This document shows positions 17,968 through 23,907 of a stretch of DNA of 23,907 nucleotides, piece after piece. Location: contig JAQBHB010000021.1 of NCBI GenBank assembly GCA_032128115.1, forward strand, positions 1-23,907. Reading direction: 5' to 3'. This stretch comes from Deltaproteobacteria bacterium (GTDB lineage: Bacteria > Myxococcota_A > UBA9160 > SMWR01). The notes under the pieces were generated by a model. It saw nothing but the letters and a program-made list of their open reading frames with translations, searched no databases and was not told the origin of the DNA. The position numbers and the translations under genes were made by a program. Each line of letters begins with the position of its first letter. Position 1 is the stretch's first letter.

Positions 17968-20349
17968 TCACTCGAACACGGCCTGGAGGCGGCTGCCCTC
18001 GCGCACGGCGGCTTCGCTCACGGACAGGACTCCGACCTGGGTGTCGTCCACGAACACGAGGTAGGTGGGCTCGGTCGAGAGTTCCGGGGAGCGCACGCCC
18101 GACGGCAGGGGAATCACCAACTCGTAATCGCCGTTGGCGTCGGCACCGGTCCAGGCCGTGTAGGGCACGCGTTCCCCGTGCAGGAGGATCCCGGTGCGCG
18201 CGATGACGCGCGCCTCCGGGTCCACGCGGCCCACGATCCGGGCTCCCTCGACGCGTTCGTAGACCCACAGCTGGAAAATGGGGATCCCGATGGCCTGGGT
18301 CGACCAGGGCGTGGCGTACACCGGGCGCAGCTGCTGCACATGGCCCACATCGATCCCGGGCATGCCGCTGCCTCCCAGGATCAGCGGCGCCAGCGGGCTG
18401 TTCTGAAAGTGCCGGGGATTGATCGCCACGTGGTTGGTCGTGGCCTGTCGCACGAACGGCCGGTCGTCGCGATGCTCGCTGTCGCCGGAAACCGGGATCT
18501 GCGCCCTCATGCCCGTCACCACATGGCCAAGCCGCCGCCGTTCCATCAGGTCGATCAGCTCCGACTCGGTTCCCTGCATGAATCGCTGGGCGGCCTCGAA
18601 TCCTTCCTCGCCGGTCCACGGACCGAAGCCGGCGGTCAGCACCGGGCGCTGTCCGAGCACGCGCACCGTGTGGCCGTAATACCAGGCGGCCAATGCCCCC
18701 TCCCGGCCCGGCTCCGGGGGTTGGCTGCGAAGAAAGAGCGCGGCGGCCTCGATCGCCGTGGGCTCTCGCACAGCATCCCAGCGGAGCTCCTCACGGATCA
18801 CCCGGTCCGGCGCCAGCACCACCAGCATCAGCGCGCCGAGCACGAACGCCGGCTTCCCGGCGGCGGCGAGCCCTGACCGCAGGCGGGCCAACGCCGGGGC
18901 CGCCCAACCTGCCAGCGCCTCGGCGACCCGGGCGAACGCGAATCCCGTGACCACCGCGTAGTACGGCGTCAGCGCCTGACCGAAGCGGTTCTGGACCAGG
19001 CTGAGGAGCACGAGCGGAAGCGTGAGTCCGGTGAGGGCGCGGCCGGCCTGGGGATTCCCGCGCCAGACGGCGCGCAGACCCAGGGGGATTGCAATCGGGG
19101 CCAGCATTCCGACCCAGCCGTTGAAGTGATAGAGCGCGGCCCAGTGATCCGGTCGCCACAGGGCCCACGAGGGGAACACGGGCTGGAACTCGGCGATGCC
19201 CGCGAGCCATGGATCGCTTCGCGCCAGCCAGTCGCCGAGACCCTCGAGCGTGTCGGCGCCCACAAGCGGATACGTCAGGGCCGCCACCGCGAAAGCGATC
19301 CCCATGAGGCAGCCCGCGCGCACGGCCACGCATTGGCGTCGGGTCCGGCCGCCGGGTCCCCAGCGGACGACACCGGCCGCCGCGAGGCATCCCAAGGCCA
19401 GAAGCCCGTGCAGAGCGGGCTGCAGGTAGTCGGGAAAGCGGTAATCGAAGTGGTAACCGTGCGCGGGAACCAGGCCCGCATTGATGCCAAGCAATGCCAG
19501 CGCGGCGAGCGCCAGGCCCGGGAAGCCCGATCCCCACAAGGGCCCCCAACCGCTGTGGCGCGCCGCGTCGAGCCGCAACGCGATCAGCACACCGCAGGCG
19601 ATGGCCACGTAGAGAACCGAGCCGGTAAACAACCACCCGGCTACCGTGACGGCCGCTGCCACACCGCCCTCGAATATCAACCAGGTTCGGCGAGTTCGCG
19701 GACGCGCGGGATCTTCAGCCAGTGCCCAGAGCACGCTCAGCCCCAGACCCGCCATCACCAGGGCTTCGGCCACGTGGTGATCGACGCGGCCCAGCTGCGA
19801 GGCCATCACACCGCGCGGCAGCAGCGCAGCGAGCCAGGCCGTCGCCACGACCGCCAGATTGCCCAGAACTCCCTGGCCCGCCGGAAGCGCACGGGGCGAC
19901 ACCTGGCGGGCGATCCCCACCGCGAGAACCACCACCGCGATTCCGAGAACCACCGGGAAGCAGGCGGCGAGCTGGCCAACCCGGAGTTCGTCGCCGGCCC
20001 CGCCGCCCAGGAGCAGCACCCAGGCGGCCGCCAGCCAGTCGAAGCCCTGGGCCCAGGGCGCAACGGCTCCTTCGGGCCAGTTGAGATAGGCGTCGCGCAC
20101 CGGCACGTGCGGAAACGCCTGCACGGTCTGTCCGATGCGTTGGAGGTGGTACATGGCGTCCGGATCGTGGGTGAGGACGTCGCCCTGCACGAAGACGCGG
20201 GCGAAGACCGAAACGCGCACCCAGACGGCGCAGCACAGGGCCCCGAGCAGCGACACGCCCCACGCGGTCGGGCGTGTCGAGAAGACCGCCTTCCAATCCC
20301 GGCTCGGCCGATCCCGGCTCGACGCCACGCTTCCCCGGATCGACGCCAC
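17968..20349 (-). CDS. STT3/AglB/PglB-like oligosaccharyltransferase
   Basis: GGAGG RBS plus GTG 20349; DPDAMYH, DAYLNWPEG, GRVDHHVAE, IAEFQP, QNRF, many hydrophobic helices, and a degenerate WWDYG motif (AWYYGH) followed by GQRP; 793 aa. Confidence 0.85.
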   Translation of the reverse strand: MASIRGSVASSRDRPSRDWKAVFSTRPTAWGVSLLGALCCAVWVRVSVFARVFVQGDVLTHDPDAMYHLQRIGQTVQAFPHVPVRDAYLNWPEGAVAPWAQGFDWLAAAWVLLLGGGAGDELRVGQLAACFPVVLGIAVVVLAVGIARQVSPRALPAGQGVLGNLAVVATAWLAALLPRGVMASQLGRVDHHVAEALVMAGLGLSVLWALAEDPARPRTRRTWLIFEGGVAAAVTVAGWLFTGSVLYVAIACGVLIALRLDAARHSGWGPLWGSGFPGLALAALALLGINAGLVPAHGYHFDYRFPDYLQPALHGLLALGCLAAAGVVRWGPGGRTRRQCVAVRAGCLMGIAFAVAALTYPLVGADTLEGLGDWLARSDPWLAGIAEFQPVFPSWALWRPDHWAALYHFNGWVGMLAPIAIPLGLRAVWRGNPQAGRALTGLTLPLVLLSLVQNRFGQALTPYYAVVTGFAFARVAEALAGWAAPALARLRSGLAAAGKPAFVLGALMLVVLAPDRVIREELRWDAVREPTAIEAAALFLRSQPPEPGREGALAAWYYGHTVRVLGQRPVLTAGFGPWTGEEGFEAAQRFMQGTESELIDLMERRRLGHVVTGMRAQIPVSGDSEHRDDRPFVRQATTNHVAINPRHFQNSPLAPLILGGSGMPGIDVGHVQQLRPVYATPWSTQAIGIPIFQLWVYERVEGARIVGRVDPEARVIARTGILLHGERVPYTAWTGADANGDYELVIPLPSGVRSPELSTEPTYLVFVDDTQVGVLSVSEAAVREGSRLQAVFE

Positions 20350-20544
20350 GCTTCCTCCCAGGGGGCCGGACCCGACCGCCCCGTAGAACGTCTCGGATGG
20401 CGGGTCGGATTCCCTGAGCGATGGACCGCCCCCCCGGCGGGATTCCAATCCAGGAAACGGGTGAATTCGACCCCAATCTACGCAACCCATTCGGAATTCC
20501 CAGCAAGTCGCTGGCAGGCCCATCCGACAAGCCTGCGCAGAGCC

Positions 20545-21312
20545 ATGGCAACCTCCAGCGAAGCCCTCAAGCAGCACTACGACGCCAAGTACGCCCGCGA
20601 AGGGGCGGGAGTCTGCGACGAAACGATCGCGCCCCGTCACATCCCGGCGAATCGCTTCGAGGCGTGCACGAGCTTCCTGCCCTCCCGCTTCCCGGGTGGC
20701 GACATCCTGGAGATCGCCGCGGGCAGCGGCCTCGTGGCCCGCAGCCTGCTCGCCGCCGGGCTCGATTGCGACAGCTACACGGCCAGCGACTTCTCGGATT
20801 CGCGACTCGAAGGCCTGCGCCGCAGCCTGCCCGATCCGCGCGTTCGTGTGGTGCGGCTCGACGCCGAGGATCTGCCGGAGGATCAACCGGCCTGCTACGA
20901 CACGATCATCGCGATCGCGCTGATCGAGCACCTGATTGATCCGCTGCGATCCCTTCAGCGCATGCGAAAGCTGTTGCGCCCGGGCGGCTTCGCCTACCTG
21001 GACACCCCGAACGTGGCCAAGTACACGCGGCGCGTGAAACTGCTGTTTGGCCGCTTCCCCTCCACGTCGTCGCTCAATGAAGGGCTCACCACCTACGAGG
21101 GCGAGCCGGTCGCCCTCCACGACGAGGGGCACCTGCACTACTTCACCCACCGCTCGCTGCGGCTGCTGTTGACCGAACGCTGCGGGTTCTCGCGGGTGGA
21201 AACCCTTCCCTACTTCACCGGCGGACGGCTCCTGGGTCGCACCCTCGACCACCAGCTGGCCCGTCTTGGGCCCGGATTGTTCTCCGAGGTCTGCCTGGTA
21301 GCCTACGCCTGA
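20545..21312 (+). CDS. Class I SAM-dependent methyltransferase (Methyltransf_23-like)
   Basis: ATG 20545; ILEIAAGSG, ASDFS, LIEHLIDP, LLRPGG, DTPN, HLHYFT; 255 aa; divergent from the STT3-like gene. Confidence 0.88.
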   Translation: MATSSEALKQHYDAKYAREGAGVCDETIAPRHIPANRFEACTSFLPSRFPGGDILEIAAGSGLVARSLLAAGLDCDSYTASDFSDSRLEGLRRSLPDPRVRVVRLDAEDLPEDQPACYDTIIAIALIEHLIDPLRSLQRMRKLLRPGGFAYLDTPNVAKYTRRVKLLFGRFPSTSSLNEGLTTYEGEPVALHDEGHLHYFTHRSLRLLLTERCGFSRVETLPYFTGGRLLGRTLDHQLARLGPGLFSEVCLVAYA

Positions 21313-21352
21313 GTCCGCGCCGGGTTCAACCGGAGCGGACTCAGGCGTAGGC
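21301..21352. repeat. 18-bp perfect inverted repeat / long hairpin spanning the methyltransferase stop codon
   Basis: GCCTACGCCTGAGTCCGC (21301-21318) and GCGGACTCAGGCGTAGGC (21335-21352), with an inner CCGG/CCGG pair; no U-tract. Confidence 0.9.
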
Positions 21353-21374
21353 CACCGGCACCATCGAAGTTCGA

Positions 21375-21460
21375 GGGGTATAGCCAAAACAAGCTGGGTT
21401 TTCGGCAATGTCCGATAGTGCGCATTCCGTTAAGTAAATTGGAGAAAGGCCCACCCTGGG
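21375..21460 (+). repeat. Left copy of long inverted repeat (contains dif-like site 21408-21435)
   Basis: 21379-21460 is the reverse complement of 23601-23682 with 3 mismatches in 82 bp; both copies end outward in GGGG with a 1-nt offset. Confidence 0.97.
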
Positions 21461-21586
21461 CTCCTGGTGTGCTCGCAGCACGGTCGATCCGAGGTGCTGG
21501 GGATGCAAGTGCGCGAGCGCACCCTTGCCTTGCTTGCCAATGCCGTGCGGGGTGCGGCAGCTGTCGATGATGAATGCGTCGGGCAT
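21461..21586 (-). pseudogene. 5' fragment (42 codons) of an acetyl-CoA acetyltransferase (thiolase), truncated at the repeat
   Basis: AGGAG RBS plus ATG 21586; MPDAFIIDSCRTPHGIGKQGKGALAHLHPQHLGSTVLRA is a typical thiolase N-terminus; the frame enters the repeat at 21460. Confidence 0.88.
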
Positions 21587-21768
21587 TGGGGGCTCCTGAG
21601 TCGATGTCGTTCTGGGAGGTTGGGGTCTGGCTCCCGAATGGCTCGGGGCGCGAGCGAAAGCGCGCTAACGCCGGAGCGTAGCTATCCTGCCGAGGCGGGA
21701 AATGTGAGATTGCTGCCAGGCTCAGCCGATTGCTGTCCTGCGAGCACCACGCAACCGAGGTTTCACTG

Positions 21769-23256
21769 TTGTCGATCGCCCAGGCCGAACTCACGGATCG
21801 CTCGCTCGGCTGGCTCCGCTACCTGCATCGGAAGGCGCACACACCGGACGATTGGAGCAGGCAAGGCCGGCCCCATCCCCATTGGGACGATCGCTCCGAC
21901 CCGCCGATGGCTTCCTGGCCGCGCTTCGATCTCACCGACTCGAGCTATGCGATGGGCCTGATGGCCCAGACGACGCCTGCCTGGCGTGAGCCGTACGTGG
22001 CCGTACTCGATCAGCTGATCGAGCGGCACACGGGCTGGTGGTCGGCGAACGATTGGCTGACGCAATTCGGAGACGATCCCGACCGCAAGAACTATCCCGA
22101 CGTCTATCGCTTCCTGATTCCGCCCGAGCTCTGGGGCAACTACGACGTGCCCGGCTGGACAGCGAACGGCGTCGAGCCCTGGGGTCTCCAGATGGACCCG
22201 GTCGCGGCGGATGGGATGCTCTTCTACAAGGGCTTCTTCCTGGTGCTTCTGGGTCTGCGCTCGATGATCGCCACGGACGATCGCTGGAACACGCCGTTCG
22301 AGATGATCCGGGACGGCGAAGAGTCTTTCGAGTGGTCGCACACGGCCATCGCCGCGCATCTCGCCGCGCAGTGGCAGGCCAGGCCGGAAGGCTGTCACTG
22401 TGAGAACACGAAGATCTGGCCCTTGTGACTGAGCGGCGCGGGCCTCGGTCTGAGGCTCCACGACAACCGGCACGGCTCGAACTTTCACGCCAGCGCGTTC
22501 GAGCCGTGGTGGGCGCACGCACGGCGGGAGTACCTCGGGCTCGAAGAGGCCGAGATCCCGAGCCTCGTCACCGCCTACTACGACCCGATTCAGCAAGTCC
22601 ACCAACGGCTCCCGGTCCCGTTTTCACTCACCTATTGCTTCTATCTGGCGCCCCAGGTTCCCGAGGAGTGCAAGAGGCTCTTCGATGCCGCGGCGGCCGC
22701 CGCTGGAATTTCCGCCAGCGGAGTCGAAAACTTGACGGCGTATCGAATCAACGCGATCGCGTTGTTCCTGGCCCGCGAGTGGGGGGATGTGGAGCTCGAA
22801 GCTTCGCTTCGCGACGCGCTCGAAGCGCACTACGAGCCAACGTGGGACCGGCGCCGCGGCGAGTTTACGTGGGGGCTCGGGCTCGGCGAAGAGTACCCCC
22901 GAGGCCAGTACAACGGATTCTTGGCCGCGGCCGAAGCGGTGAGTTCGGGTGCCTGGACGCGCATGTCGGAGTCGCCGCTGCCGAAACAACCCGGTCTCGT
23001 CGAGGGTGTCGACTTCCCGACGGTCGCGCTTCGGCAAGCCCGCTGGGAAGCGGGCACCCTCCATCTGCAGCTCCACCCACAGAACGACGACGTGGTGGGC
23101 CAACCGACACGCTTTCGGGTCACCGGTCTCGCGGGTCCTTCCGAACCGGGACGCTGGCGCGTCGCTGGCGAGGCAGGGCTTTCTACCGACGGGACCGACC
23201 TCGTCATCGAAACCACCGTTCACGACGGGTGCTTGGTGGTTCGTCCGCGCGACTGA
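21769..23256 (+). CDS. Linalool dehydratase/isomerase (LinD)-like protein with in-frame TGA 22426-22428, predicted selenocysteine
   Basis: Track ORFs 21730-22428 and 22732-23256 share a frame, and 22429-22731 has no stop. LinD-like segments DPVAADGMLFYKGFF and GCHCENTKIWPL*LSGAGLGLRLHDNRHGSNF. TTG 21769 has a GAGG RBS (495 aa, Sec at residue 220); alternative start TTG 21730. Confidence 0.85.
22440..22458 (+). promoter_or_regulatory. Candidate bacterial SECIS element
   Basis: After TGA, an 11-nt spacer CTGAGCGGCGC, then stem GGGCCTC / loop GGTCT / stem GAGGCTC (7 pairs, one G-U). Confidence 0.8.
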
Positions 23257-23321
23257 GGACGAACGGCGTTGGGAGGCCCCTCTGCATCTCGCCGATCCCC
23301 CGATGACTTTGCGATAGAGCT

Positions 23322-23600
23322 TCAGGGCTCGCTGACAAGAAAGCCGGGGCGCCGTAGTTCGGTGGCGAGCTGATCCGTCGGGAAGTTGCGCAGCGCGGGA
23401 TCGGCCTTGGGAGTCTTGGCGACGGCCCTCTGCTCGCCAGGACCGGTTCGTTGGTCCACGGTCCGCTCCAACTGACCGATGAAATCCTGCGCCACCTGGC
23501 GGGTGAACTTTTCGCCGGCCTGGCGCTGGCTGAAGCCCATCGGTCCCCGGGTGTCGCGAAAGTCGCTGTGCCCCACCTTCTCGAGCAACTCCAAAAAACT
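23322..23600 (-). pseudogene. Small hypothetical protein, probably 5'-truncated at the right repeat
   Basis: Frame SFLELLEKVGHSDFRDTRGPMGFSQRQAGEKFTR...LATELRRPGFLVSEP begins at the repeat edge, with only a TTG 6 nt from the repeat. From memory it resembles uncharacterised small proteins that have ~20 more N-terminal residues (unverified). Confidence 0.5.
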
Positions 23601-23687
23601 CCCAGGGTGGGCCTTTCTCCAATTTGCTTAACGGAATGCGTTCTATCGGACATTGCCGAAAACCCAGCTTGTTTTGGCTATATCCCC
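23601..23687 (-). repeat. Right copy of long inverted repeat (contains dif-like site 23626-23653)
   Basis: Reverse complement of 21375-21460; differences at 23626, 23641-23642 and one extra base next to the terminal CCCC. Confidence 0.97.
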
Positions 23688-23733
23688 TACTGATTACGAA
23701 TCAGTTGTTCAAACCTGAATAATACCGCCGCAG

Positions 23734-23754
23734 TCAACCGGCATTGCCGGTTGA
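23734..23754. promoter_or_regulatory. 21-bp palindrome, possible operator or hairpin
   Basis: TCAACCGGCA-T-TGCCGGTTGA in an AT-richer intergenic region. Confidence 0.4.
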
Positions 23755-23907
23755 AAAAGTCGGCTAATTCCTTCCCCGTTCCGTTAATCATGCCCTATTC
23801 ACGGCATCTCGAGATGAGTCTTGAAACAGGTTCAACGACGAGCCGAGCCTGAACCACGCGAGCTGAGACTCGCCGAAGGAATGAGCAAGCGCGAGCGTCT
23901 CGGTGCT

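Larger units (their letters stand above)
21375..23687. mobile_element. Non-autonomous cassette bounded by long inverted repeats, carrying the LinD-like gene and gene fragments
   Basis: Inverted repeats at both ends, no recombinase or transposase inside, thiolase cut at the left inner edge; no 5-bp target duplication (TTCGA vs TACTG). Confidence 0.6.

Noticed and set aside
20296..20355. Short direct repeats (TCGACGCCACGCTTCC x2; ATCCCGGCTCG x2) at the STT3 start
   Set aside because: Only two copies each with in-frame 21- and 15-bp periods; local duplications, not CRISPR.
166..21312. Long antisense or alternate-frame ORFs (166-2340, 4549-7014, 13096-14844, 14727-16232, upstream part of 19126-21312, etc.)
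   Set aside because: Shadow ORFs expected in high-GC DNA; they overlap well-supported genes and have no motifs.
21341..21460. Shared peptide PRVGLSPI.LTEC.LSDIAENPACFGY in ORFs 21341-21586 and 23451-23693
   Set aside because: Just the translation of the inverted repeat, not a protein domain.
22426..22428. Genome-wide TGA reassignment (Trp or Gly)
   Set aside because: Many genes in the window end in TGA at their expected C-termini (e.g. 361, 2199, 10035, 17150, 17946, 21312).
21730..23256. Two separate genes, or a simple nonsense pseudogene
   Set aside because: Disfavoured, not excluded: the 101 codons between the two ORFs are open and family-like, the stop sits at a Cys position, and a SECIS-like hairpin follows.
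22425..23306. 293-aa ORF starting at GTG overlapping the TGA (GTGA), suggesting a coupled second gene
   Set aside because: Arg/Pro-rich non-protein-like translation; LinD similarity continues in the original frame instead.
21370..23692. Canonical Tn3-family insertion
   Set aside because: No transposase or resolvase, no 5-bp target duplication, and atypical IR spacing; kept only as an alternative hypothesis.
23881..23907. Possible gene start MSKRERLGA at the window edge
   Set aside because: Only 9 codons, with AAGGA directly abutting the ATG; cannot be supported from this window.

Overview
GC-rich bacterial window with lipid/steroid-type catabolic genes (nitronate-monooxygenase-family fragment, EchA19-like hydratase, FadD19-like ligase, D-aminoacylase-family amidohydrolase, HapE-like Baeyer-Villiger monooxygenase). 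It also carries envelope-modification genes (carbamoyltransferase, polysaccharide deacetylase, two fused MFS/spermidine synthases, an STT3/AglB-like oligosaccharyltransferase, two SAM methyltransferases), a probable metal-uptake pair and several gene remnants. The standout is at the right end. Two ORFs that the track splits (21730-22428 and 22732-23256) are one reading frame encoding a linalool dehydratase/isomerase (LinD)-like protein. Its single in-frame TGA (22426-22428) falls at the position of the second catalytic Cys and is followed 11 nt later by an fdhF-like SECIS hairpin, so it is a candidate new selenoprotein family. The gene lies in a ~2.3 kb cassette bounded by ~82-86 bp inverted repeats, each with an 11-6-11 dif-like (XerC/XerD) site, and gene fragments are cut at the inner repeat edges. 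All family assignments come from motif recognition from memory; no database searches were run.
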